A stretch of DNA of 64,000 nucleotides, from NCBI GenBank assembly GCA_963708045.1, contig OY970181.1, forward strand, positions 1,061,443 through 1,125,442, written 5' to 3'. The DNA comes from an uncultured bacterium (GTDB taxonomy: Bacteria > Patescibacteriota > Patescibacteriia > CAIQCM01). Below are positions 1-8,205 of the stretch, in pieces. How positions within the stretch are numbered: position 1 is the first letter of the stretch; every line of letters begins with the position of its first letter. The notes under the pieces were generated by a model. It worked only from the letters and a program-made list of their open reading frames with translations. It searched no databases and was not told the DNA's origin. A program made the position numbers and the translations under genes.

Positions 1-1621
1 ACGAAGCGGCGCTTGACATTGAATTGGCAAAAATAAGCGGCGACCAAACAAACCCCGGCGTGCCGCGATACCAATTGGGCGGATTTTTATCCAATCCTTC
101 AAAAACCTTTGCCCATTTGTCGGCGACGCCAAAAATCATCGCGTACGGAAGATAGTCGGAAAAAATATTTTCTTTTTCCTGCCACTTGGCGCGATATTTT
201 TCCGCTTTGCCGATAAATTCCTTAAAGCCGAGCATTTTCATATAGGCCACGTTTCCAGCCACGGTTCTGGAAGGCATAAAGTAACCAAAAATCGCAATCA
301 AAATCGCCGGCGCAAAAAGCGCGACATAACCGGTTGGACCAAAATTTAAATCTGTCCACACCTTAAGAAGAACAAACGCGACAATGGCATAAGACGCCGC
401 CGCACCAAAATACCCTCCCCGGATCCGCGCAGGCGACCCCTTATACCAGCCACGCGCAACCACCGCGTCCGCCATCGCCAACTTGATTGACGGCAGGGCT
501 GTATAAAATTTGTTTTCTAGATCGCTAAGCTTAACCCGCTCCCCGACCTTACCAACGAAAATGCCGTCCAGAATTTTAATCTCAAAATCTTTTAGCGTTT
601 GATCGGAGGCGAATTCTTTTTTAAGCTCAAAAATATAACTATGCGATGAGCCAAAAATATTTTTCTTTTCCGTTTCCTCAATCACCAAACAACCTTTTAC
701 AGCTAAGTGCACGATGGTCGCCGACACTTCAGACATTCCAACTTGTCCTTTTTCCAAAACCGAAAGCTCGGCCGGCGCCGCGCCTTCGTATGGCTCGTAT
801 TCCACAACCATTGTCTTTGTCATCAAGGGATCGCGACCATATTTCCACCAGCGCCAAAAAAGAAAAGCAAAAATGATAAACGGCCACAAAATTATCCAGT
901 TGTCGCCAAGCCAAGCCCAAATATTTTCAAAAACCGTCGGCGGCTGAACAATTCCCTTTGGCCAACCAACGACAATCGTGAGGACGGTTGTTTGATAAGG
1001 AATTACTTTTAATGTACTCCTACTGCTTTTAAAGGTTACGCCACTCGCCGACTTGGAAATATCACAGATTTCCGATGCATTCTGACCAAGTTCGGTAAAA
1101 CATTTTGTTTTAATACTATCCGCACCAACCGAGGCAGGAAGCGTTACGCTTGCGCTCACCGCGTCTGGCCAACCAAGGTCACCCCAGGGCTCGGAAGATA
1201 CGTTCCAATAAAGCTCGTCGTGGTCAAGAAGAAACAAAAGCGCCCGCGACACGTTATACGAAATCACATACTCTTGTTTGCCGGTTATAAGTTTATCAGC
1301 ATCCCCGATTTGAATTCGCAGACGATCGCCGTTTCGCGAAAGCGCGTACGTAAGCGGCGCGCCGTTTTTATCGGTAACCGAATTAACCGTTATTTTTGTT
1401 GAAAAAGGATTGCCGGTATCGGTTTTGTATTTAACGGGAAGATCGCGAAAAATTCCGTGCTTCATTACGTCAAAATCAACCACCGCCGTTTCTGTAATAT
1501 GAAACGTCCCGTCGGCATTAATTTTAATCTGCTGATCCAATGAATTAAAAGTAGAAGCCAGCGCTGGTGTAGCCGCCGCGATCATTAATGCCGCGATTGC
1601 GATAATAAAACTTTTCCGCAT
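1..1621 (-). CDS. DUF2207-family membrane protein (partial; 3' end runs off left edge, so absent from ORF track)
   Basis: Hand translation of minus strand from ATG at ~1621 gives MRKSFIIAIAALMIAAATPALAS (signal peptide). A long extracytoplasmic region follows, then TM helices and a KWAKVFEGLDKNPPNWY-type C-terminal motif recalled for DUF2207. Confidence 0.5.
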   Translation of the reverse strand, partial: MRKSFIIAIAALMIAAATPALASTFNSLDQQIKINADGTFHITETAVVDFDVMKHGIFRDLPVKYKTDTGNPFSTKITVNSVTDKNGAPLTYALSRNGDRLRIQIGDADKLITGKQEYVISYNVSRALLFLLDHDELYWNVSSEPWGDLGWPDAVSASVTLPASVGADSIKTKCFTELGQNASEICDISKSASGVTFKSSRSTLKVIPYQTTVLTIVVGWPKGIVQPPTVFENIWAWLGDNWIILWPFIIFAFLFWRWWKYGRDPLMTKTMVVEYEPYEGAAPAELSVLEKGQVGMSEVSATIVHLAVKGCLVIEETEKKNIFGSSHSYIFELKKEFASDQTLKDFEIKILDGIFVGKVGERVKLSDLENKFYTALPSIKLAMADAVVARGWYKGSPARIRGGYFGAAASYAIVAFVLLKVWTDLNFGPTGYVALFAPAILIAIFGYFMPSRTVAGNVAYMKMLGFKEFIGKAEKYRAKWQEKENIFSDYLPYAMIFGVADKWAKVFEGLDKNPPNWYRGTPGFVWSPLIFANSMSSAAS

Positions 1622-1687
1622 AAAGATATAGGGTCTAGGGTCTAGGGTTTAGTGATTTTCTATACCCTATACGCTATACCCTTGACC

Positions 1688-2677
1688 CTACTTAAGGTAC
1701 TTCGCCTTCATCTCATTATGTTCGTCCAGCGTCCGCGAATATATGACGACACCGTCTTTGGTTGTAAGAAAATACCAAAACGAATTGGTTTTCGGTTTTA
1801 AAACGGCGTTAATCGCCGAAAGGCCAGGGTTGGCAATCGGCCCTGGCGGCAAGCTGGCATTTTTATAAGTGTTATACGCCGAGGCAACAGCCAAATCGTT
1901 CGCGTTTAGTTTAAGTTCGCTTTTATGAAGCGCATAATTTACTGTGGAGTCGGCCTGGAGCGGCATTCCGCTTTTAAGCCGGCGCAAGAAAAGATCGGCA
2001 ATAAGGGCGCGATCGTCGGCGGTTGGCACTTCTTTTTCCACAATTGAGGCCAAAATGAGCGCGTCAAATTTTGGACTAAGCGCCGTTGTTTTGACTTTAA
2101 ATTCATCCAGCATTTTTATAATGACATCAAGCGCTGGACTGTTTTCGTAAAAACGGTATGTGTCGGGAAAAAGAAAACCTTCTAAATTTGGTGCGCTTGT
2201 GAGAAACGGATAATTCTTAAGCAAGTCGGTTGCTAATGATATTTTTTCTCCTGGTTTTCCGGCGACCGCATAAAAATCATCAACATTTTTTATAACCTTT
2301 AGAGAAACGAGACGCTCAGCGATTTCAGTCAGGTTATAACCTTCCGGAATCGTCACGCTCACTTCTTTTTTGCCAACATAACTTAAGGTCGCGAGAATAT
2401 CGGAAATAGACATTCCTTTTTTAAACACAAAACTGCCAGGATGAATTTTTTTCGCTTCGCCGTATAGTTCGGCAGCAACGGCAAAAAGCGTTTTTGAAGA
2501 AATCACCCCCGCCGCTTTAAGCTGAACCGCGATTTCGTCAAGGGTTTCTCCGTTCGCAATGGAAACGGTTTTTTCCGGAGCGCCCACGGAAGGCGAACGC
2601 AGATACATTTCGTAAGCCCCAGCACCCACGCAAATAAGAATAAAGAGCGCAACCAGTTTGCCGAACAATTTTGTCAT
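1688..2677 (-). CDS. mltG: endolytic murein transglycosylase MltG (YceG family)
   Basis: 329 aa with N-terminal TM. Motifs TIPEGYNLTEIAERL, ASIVEKE, QADSTVNYAL, YNTYKN..LPPGPIANPG are typical of YceG/MltG. Confidence 0.85.
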   Translation of the reverse strand: MTKLFGKLVALFILICVGAGAYEMYLRSPSVGAPEKTVSIANGETLDEIAVQLKAAGVISSKTLFAVAAELYGEAKKIHPGSFVFKKGMSISDILATLSYVGKKEVSVTIPEGYNLTEIAERLVSLKVIKNVDDFYAVAGKPGEKISLATDLLKNYPFLTSAPNLEGFLFPDTYRFYENSPALDVIIKMLDEFKVKTTALSPKFDALILASIVEKEVPTADDRALIADLFLRRLKSGMPLQADSTVNYALHKSELKLNANDLAVASAYNTYKNASLPPGPIANPGLSAINAVLKPKTNSFWYFLTTKDGVVIYSRTLDEHNEMKAKYLK

Positions 2678-3228
2678 AGGGTTATTTCTTTAATCTTGTT
2701 TTTCAAAATAAAATGTGTTAGCCGATGGAGGGCAAGCGCGCTTGCCGCTCCGAGCACCATACCAAAAATAATGTCGCTCGGGTAGTGGACGCCGACTGCG
2801 ACCCGGCCAAGCGAAACCAAAGCGGCCATTGCCAAAAACACCGTTCCCCATTTACGATTCCACAAAAAAAGACCAAAAGCGAGACCAAAAACAGCCGAAG
2901 CATGGCTAGAGGGAAAAGATTTTGAAAAATCAGAAACATTAATAAGCAAATTACTGCCGGCGATTTCCAAAAACGGGCGCGGGCGATAATAAAAAACGCC
3001 GACAAGATAATTGATTCCCAAAGCGACAAACGACGAAGCAAGGGATGAAAAAAATGGAATCAAGCGAATTTTTTTATTTTCCCAAAAGTAAACGCCGAGC
3101 GCGGCAAACATAAAAAAAACAAGAACCGTAGAAAAGAAAACCAAGACGCCATCAAGAATACTGAATCGTCCAGCAAGCGCATTTATCGCTTTAAAAAGCG
3201 TGATATCTATTTTTAACAAATACGCCAT
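2674..3228 (-). CDS. PAP2-family membrane phosphatase (PgpB/undecaprenyl-diphosphatase-like)
   Basis: PAP2 motifs YRPRP ... PSSHAS ... SLGRVAVGVHYPSDI, multi-TM. Start moved from track ORF (3435) to internal Met (MAYLLK...) so that it abuts the stop of the upstream ABC gene. Confidence 0.65.
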   Translation of the reverse strand: MAYLLKIDITLFKAINALAGRFSILDGVLVFFSTVLVFFMFAALGVYFWENKKIRLIPFFSSLASSFVALGINYLVGVFYYRPRPFLEIAGSNLLINVSDFSKSFPSSHASAVFGLAFGLFLWNRKWGTVFLAMAALVSLGRVAVGVHYPSDIIFGMVLGAASALALHRLTHFILKNKIKEITL

Positions 3229-3229
3229 G

Positions 3230-4072
3230 CTAATGCTTATGGTTATGTTCGTGGTGATGATGCCCGCTATGGTCGTTTGTCGGCAAAAAACTAATCCCCT
3301 GCCGGGCGGCGAGCGTGAGTGCTTCGCCTTCCAAAAATTTTTTTGGGTCGGTCGGCGAACCAACCGCGCAATGCAGACACATAAGCTTATTGACTTTGTG
3401 TCCGATAATATCCAGGTCATGCGTAACGATGACAATCGTCATTTTCTTTTTTTCATTCAAATACTGAAGCAGGTCATAAAATTCTTTTTCCGTCGCCACG
3501 TCAACGCCCAGCGTCGGCTCGTCAAAAAACAAAAGCTCAGGCTCGGAAACAATTGCGCGGCTGATTAGAACGCGTTGTTGTTGGCCGGTGGAAAGTTCGC
3601 CGATTTTCCTGGTAGCGAATTTTTCCATTCCAACTTCGCCAAGCGCTGTCGCAACCATAGCGCGATCGCTTTGACGGCGACTTGCGGACGCAGCACGTTT
3701 TCCAGCCAAGCCCGAAAGCACGACTTCAAAAACCGTGGCTGGAAAATTTCGGTCAAAATGAGTAGCGCGCTGAGCCAAATAGCCGATACGCCCGCCCAAA
3801 ACCGCCGCCGCTGGTTTTTTTCCCCAAAAAGAAACGTGGCCGGCGCGCGGTTCAATAAGACCGAGCATAATTTGCACGAGCGTTGTTTTGCCCGAACCAT
3901 TCGGCCCGACGATTCCAAAAAAATCACCGGCATTAATTTCAAAATTAACATTTTTCAGAATCGGTTCGTTCGCACGATAATAAAAACTAACATCTTCCGC
4001 CTTAACGACAGGTTCAATCACATTTACTGGACTAGCGATTACTTTTGGTTCTATTTTTGACTTTTTTCTCAT
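3230..4072 (-). CDS. metal-type (Zn/Mn, ZnuC-like) ABC transporter ATP-binding protein with His-rich C-terminus
   Basis: Walker A GPNGSGKTT, ABC signature LSTGQQQRV, Walker B LLFFDEPTLGVD. C-terminal HSGHHHHEHNHKH tail. Confidence 0.8.
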   Translation of the reverse strand: MRKKSKIEPKVIASPVNVIEPVVKAEDVSFYYRANEPILKNVNFEINAGDFFGIVGPNGSGKTTLVQIMLGLIEPRAGHVSFWGKKPAAAVLGGRIGYLAQRATHFDRNFPATVFEVVLSGLAGKRAASASRRQSDRAMVATALGEVGMEKFATRKIGELSTGQQQRVLISRAIVSEPELLFFDEPTLGVDVATEKEFYDLLQYLNEKKKMTIVIVTHDLDIIGHKVNKLMCLHCAVGSPTDPKKFLEGEALTLAARQGISFLPTNDHSGHHHHEHNHKH

Positions 4073-4083
4073 AAGTACGCGGG

Positions 4084-5685
4084 TTAAGGACTAACTTGCT
4101 CCGCTTCTGGCGGAACGGTAACCGGCCGAACCGGCAAATCGGCGCTGATAATTTCCGGCTTGGTAACATTACTTAAGTCCAGTGGATATGATTCGGTTTT
4201 CCAATAGCCAGGGTGAGTAACTGTCACATAATATGTATTTTTCCCGACCAAAAAATAATATCGCCCGCGGCGGTCAGAAATTTGCGTTTCCACAAGTTTG
4301 TTATAAGGCAAAGAAAACAAGCGGACAACGGCGTGGGCGATCGGCTTGGATGTAACTTCGTCCGAAACCACGCCCCAGCGGCCGCGATTTTTTACTTTTG
4401 AAAGCCGCTTTAAAAATAAATAAAAAACCAGTTGTAACCCGAGAATCACCCCCATATAAATTCCCGGTTTAGCGGCAAAAGAAAAAGCCGCCAAACAAAA
4501 ACTTGAAAGCGCGACGATGTTCCCAATTTTGTTCTTTAAATATTTTTTAACCAGAACGACATCGCCGACTGCTTCCGCCGCCGCGTCAACGGGAATTGCC
4601 GGGCTAACCGCCGTTTGTTCGCTCGCGCCAAATTCCGAACCAAAATACAGCGCGCCAAAGTCAGGATCGCTTTCGGCGCCCGCCATATTTTTTGACGGAA
4701 AAGAAAACCCCGGCTTGGTAACTTCTAGGCGATATTTTCCTTGTGGCGCCAAAAACATAAAACGACCGCTCGTGTCAGTGACTTTTGTCGCAATAACGCG
4801 ATTGGTCGTGGCGTCAACTAAACGCACGATTGCGAGATCAACCGGCAATCTGGTTCCAGAATTAAACACCACGCCCCAAGCCGCTTGGCGGCGACGGCGG
4901 CGAAAAAATAACGCCGGCTGAGTAAAAAACAGATACAAATAAAATCCGTATTGCGCCGTTGGCACTGAGCTCGCAGCAACGGCGACAACCGCAACCGTGC
5001 TCACTGGCGCCGCCGCTACTTCGGCCGTTGTTTCCACAATCGGATTATCTAAAACAACGCGCTTCGTAAGAATAATGGCGTTTACCGCGGGCATAACCGC
5101 CGTACCAACGGAAACCGCCGCCTCTTGTGTCACTCTTTTTTGCGTCGCGGCGGCGACCGCAGGCGGCGGATCAGCAAAACCCGACGGTGTTTCTATTTGC
5201 GCGCCAGCTTTTTGTCCGGAAAAATCGGTTTCTAAATAAAAACTAACGCGATAATTTAGACACGGCGACGCGTTACAGGCTGTGCCGTCAGAATTTAATG
5301 ATTCGTAAAGATAGTCCGCACCAAACGGTCCGGGGTTTTTGGGAACGTTAGAAAGATACACTTCGTCCTGCGGTGAATCGGTAAAACCGGCGGACGTTAA
5401 ATAATGACTGCCCGTTCCACCAAGAACCAAACCACCATCACCTCTAACGCCATCGGTCGGATACCCACCTGTGTCGTTTACGGAATATTCCAAAGCCTTA
5501 TGGATTGTATCCAAATTTGCAATCCGCGCCACGTCGCGCGACTTAGCACGGACGCTTTCATAAGAAACCGTAGCAATCGTGCTCATCAGTCCAATGATGC
5601 TGATGACGGTTAAAAGCTCAACCAAGGTAAAACCGCGATGATGCTTAGGTTGTAAGTTGTTGGTTGTAAGTTGTTGGGAAAACAT
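4084..5685 (-). CDS. type IV pilin-like protein (prepilin N-terminal methylation motif) with internal TM helices and carboxypeptidase-regulatory-like beta domains
   Basis: N-terminus ...RGFTLVELLTVISIIGLMSTIATVSY is a class III signal/pseudopilin motif. Two GRFMFLAPQGKYRLEVTKPGFSFPS / GRYYFLVGKNTYYVTVTHPGYWKTESYP segments resemble CarboxypepD_reg folds. Confidence 0.65.
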   Translation of the reverse strand: MFSQQLTTNNLQPKHHRGFTLVELLTVISIIGLMSTIATVSYESVRAKSRDVARIANLDTIHKALEYSVNDTGGYPTDGVRGDGGLVLGGTGSHYLTSAGFTDSPQDEVYLSNVPKNPGPFGADYLYESLNSDGTACNASPCLNYRVSFYLETDFSGQKAGAQIETPSGFADPPPAVAAATQKRVTQEAAVSVGTAVMPAVNAIILTKRVVLDNPIVETTAEVAAAPVSTVAVVAVAASSVPTAQYGFYLYLFFTQPALFFRRRRRQAAWGVVFNSGTRLPVDLAIVRLVDATTNRVIATKVTDTSGRFMFLAPQGKYRLEVTKPGFSFPSKNMAGAESDPDFGALYFGSEFGASEQTAVSPAIPVDAAAEAVGDVVLVKKYLKNKIGNIVALSSFCLAAFSFAAKPGIYMGVILGLQLVFYLFLKRLSKVKNRGRWGVVSDEVTSKPIAHAVVRLFSLPYNKLVETQISDRRGRYYFLVGKNTYYVTVTHPGYWKTESYPLDLSNVTKPEIISADLPVRPVTVPPEAEQVSP

Positions 5686-5737
5686 TAATAAATTGTACTA
5701 CAAATATATCCTATTCCCTAGTCCATAATTTTTAACA

Positions 5738-5778
5738 ACAAAAACTGGCCACGCCTAGGCGAAACCAGTTTTTGTTAT
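5738..5778. terminator. bidirectional intrinsic terminator hairpin
   Basis: aaaactgg-ccacgcctaggcgaa-ccagtttt hairpin flanked by A-run and T-run, between two minus-strand genes. Confidence 0.45.
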
Positions 5779-5793
5779 CGTGTCAAAATAAAC

Positions 5794-6300
5794 TCAGGAA
5801 ACCAGAACCGGTCCAAGCGCCATTACTTCTTCAGCGTCTTTTTTAGTTATAACTTTTTTATCAGCCAATTTAACCGCCAGCAGATCAACTTTATCGTTGG
5901 TATTCATAAAACCATCGCGCATCTCTGACCGAAGCGAGCCGATCTCGGTTCTAACCGAAGAAATCTCAGAATGGAGTTCGTTACGAAGCCCGGATATCTC
6001 CGACTTAAGCTCAGTGCGTACAGCCGATATCTCCGACTTAAGTTCAAGACGAACCGAGGACAGTCTAGCATCGACCCCGGCAATATCATTCTTAAGCTCA
6101 GTGCGCAAGATATCAACCTTTTGATTAACATCAACAATATCTTTACCCACCTGATCAAATCCAGCCTTAACGATCGTCACCAAATCATCAATAGCCGCGG
6201 CATTTTCTTTAATGGCGACAGAGTTTTCTTTGATAGCCAAAGCGCTTTCTTTAACTAGAGCGGCCAATTCGTCAATTTTTTCGTTTGTTCTCTTTTCCAT
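5794..6300 (-). CDS. coiled-coil protein with tandem 11-residue repeats
   Basis: 168 aa. Repeats RLELKSEISAVRTELKSEISGLRNELHSEISSVRTEIGSLRSEM are mirrored by ~33-bp tandem DNA repeats at ~5985-6100. Confidence 0.5.
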   Translation of the reverse strand: MEKRTNEKIDELAALVKESALAIKENSVAIKENAAAIDDLVTIVKAGFDQVGKDIVDVNQKVDILRTELKNDIAGVDARLSSVRLELKSEISAVRTELKSEISGLRNELHSEISSVRTEIGSLRSEMRDGFMNTNDKVDLLAVKLADKKVITKKDAEEVMALGPVLVS

Positions 6301-6322
6301 ACAAAAACCATTCTACACCTTT

Positions 6323-7324
6323 TTAAGTCCTGTCAAAAGCCTCGTTGTTTAATATCATATTTTGCAAACTTTGTGTGTCCCCGTGGCTCAAAAGTCCCAG
6401 ATATGACTTGATTGTCGCTTTGCTCGGATGCTCGGCAATGCGCTTAAACATTCGCCGTTCAGTCGTCTTTCGCAAAACGCGATGATCGGAGAAATGCGTC
6501 CACCCCAAAAAATCAACGCCTGAGCCAAAGGTCTTGAGAATTATCTTGTCCGGATGCATCGTTAGCCGTAAATTGTTTTGGAGATAATCGGATACAATCG
6601 GCAAAATCGCCAGCAACTCATTTTTATACGGTGACAAGAAAACAAAATCATCAGCATAGCGAATGTAATGTGAAAATCGTAAATACTGTTTCACAAATAA
6701 ATCCAGTTCATTCAAATACACATTGGCAAAAAGTTGCGAAGTCAAATTTCCGAGCGGTATACCAACACCCGATCGTCCGGAATTAAAACTACCAACAATA
6801 TTAACGAGGAGCAAACAAATATCGTCATCAGGTATTCGTTCAAAAAGAAGTTTTAATAATATCGTCTGATTGACGCTCGCAAAGAACTTGCGAATGTCGC
6901 ACTTCAAAACCCAAACTGTGCGCGTATGATTTTTGCCAACTTTCAAAGCAAGATCGCGAAACCGGTTCAAGGCCGCGTGCGTGCCTTTGTCTATTCGGCA
7001 AGAAAAGGAATCCGCTACGAAAATTCTATCAAAGAATGGGTATAGTAAACGGTGTACGGCATGGTGCAAAAGGCGGTCGCGCACCGAGGCTTTATGAATC
7101 TGCCGCGGCTTGGGGTCGGAAATGCGAAAGGCGCGGTAGCCGCCATGACGATATTTATGCGTAGTCAAATCTTTGTGAAGTTGTAAAATATTATCCATCA
7201 GGTTATCGGAGAACTCTTGCACATCGGTCTTGCCTCGTTTTCCGGCGGCGAATTCTTCCCAAGCGGCACATAAATTTTCAAGTGATGTAACTTCATCAAA
7301 GCTATGGATCAAAATCTTTTTCAT
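6323..7324 (-). CDS. diversity-generating retroelement (DGR) reverse transcriptase
   Basis: 333 aa RT with YADDFV catalytic motif. DGR-specific motif 4 IPLGNLTSQLFANVYLNELD (I/LGxxxSQ replaces the QG of group II/retron RTs). A TR/VR pair lies immediately adjacent. Confidence 0.85.
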   Translation of the reverse strand: MKKILIHSFDEVTSLENLCAAWEEFAAGKRGKTDVQEFSDNLMDNILQLHKDLTTHKYRHGGYRAFRISDPKPRQIHKASVRDRLLHHAVHRLLYPFFDRIFVADSFSCRIDKGTHAALNRFRDLALKVGKNHTRTVWVLKCDIRKFFASVNQTILLKLLFERIPDDDICLLLVNIVGSFNSGRSGVGIPLGNLTSQLFANVYLNELDLFVKQYLRFSHYIRYADDFVFLSPYKNELLAILPIVSDYLQNNLRLTMHPDKIILKTFGSGVDFLGWTHFSDHRVLRKTTERRMFKRIAEHPSKATIKSYLGLLSHGDTQSLQNMILNNEAFDRT

Positions 7325-7333
7325 AATTCTAGT

Positions 7334-7697
7334 ATGTTACCCCCCCCCGACGGATTTCAAGGAAATTCCAATTTTGCGACGAGCGATAGACGCATACAAA
7401 CTTTGGCACAGCTTTCTTAATGCCATGCCACGAATGACAAAGTACACTTTGGGATCGCGAATTGACGGCCTTTTTGGCGACTTGATTGAAAACTTATCAG
7501 CTGCAGGATATGCGATAAAAGAAAACAAGATATCATTTCTCAATTCCGCAAGCGTAAACCTTGATCTAGTCAAATTATTTCTGCGTCTTGCTTGGGAAAT
7601 AAAAGCTCTTGACCATAAAAAATACGCCGCAGTCTCGGAACCAATAAACGACATTGGGCGAATGCTTGGTGGTTGGCGAAAACACCTTATTACTTAA
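7334..7697 (+). CDS. avd: Avd-like four-helix-bundle accessory protein (start uncertain; ATG at 7334 is out of frame unless the C9 tract at 7340-7348 is one C shorter)
   Basis: Region ...FKEIPILRRAIDAYKLWHSFLNAMPRMTKYTLGSRIDGLFGDLIENLSAAGYA...FLNSASVNLDLVKLFLRLAWEIKALDHKKYAAVSEPINDIGRMLGGWRK matches the four-helix-bundle (bAvd / 23S IVS protein) family pattern. Alternative in-frame start TTG ~7374. Confidence 0.55.
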
Positions 7698-7735
7698 CAC
7701 CCTTGAACGTTGTCAAGGGTGTTAACTGAAAAGAG

Positions 7736-7873
7736 TTGCTGACGGCGAGGAAGAACCAGTTCGCGTTCCACTGATTGCTGGGGTCGTCGTAGTTGAGGTT
7801 GAGGTTCCGTTCGCGATCGTTCTCGTTCAAGTACGCAACGTGGAGATGATCACCGAAGCGAGCGACCGAGCCG
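7736..7873 (-). repeat. DGR template repeat (TR), 138 bp
   Basis: Near-identical to VR at 8210-8347. All 11 mismatches are plus-strand T (= minus-strand A) in this copy versus C (10) or A (1) in VR. Noncoding copy, rich in AAC codons when read in target frame. Confidence 0.8.
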
Positions 7874-8127
7874 TCTGAATATGTTCAAAACCGTCCGCAC
7901 CACCACCCCTTGAATTCTCTTGGGGTTGAATTTTATACCGAGCCCTTGCTCGCTGATTTTGAACACCAAGTATTTTCAGTTTCGCACGACGATGATGCTC
8001 TAATCAGCGGCTTGCCGCTAGATTATTCTGACCCGTCGTTCGCGCGCAGATTCGGCCGCCTGAAACCTTAGTCGCAAGCAGATTTGCCTAATCCAATTAT
8101 AATTATACACCAAAAATAAAAATCACC

Positions 8128-8156
8128 CCGCACAACACGAATGTTGTGCGGGGCCG
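8128..8156 (-). terminator. hairpin/terminator downstream of DGR target gene
   Basis: ccccgcacaac-acgaat-gttgtgcgggg stem-loop followed on minus strand by TGATTTTTATTTTT, ~50 nt after target stop. Confidence 0.4.
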
Positions 8157-8205
8157 AATGATCCAAGGGTACCGACCAAGCACCAAGTACCAAGAACCCA
8201 AGTGG

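Noticed and set aside
3230-3270. HSGHHHHEHNHKH C-terminus as an engineered His-tag
   Set aside because: Mixed CAT/CAC codons interspersed with E/N/K/S residues. His-rich tails are natural in ZnuC-like metal transporter ATPases.
5794-6300. Coiled-coil repeat gene as an additional DGR target
   Set aside because: No sequence in it matches the TR. Its repeats are internal tandem duplications, not a VR.
7337-7654. Minus-strand 105-aa ORF as the DGR accessory (avd) gene, which would be co-oriented with RT
   Set aside because: Its sequence is Arg-rich and low-complexity with no helical-bundle character. The overlapping plus-strand ORF matches the four-helix-bundle Avd family pattern.
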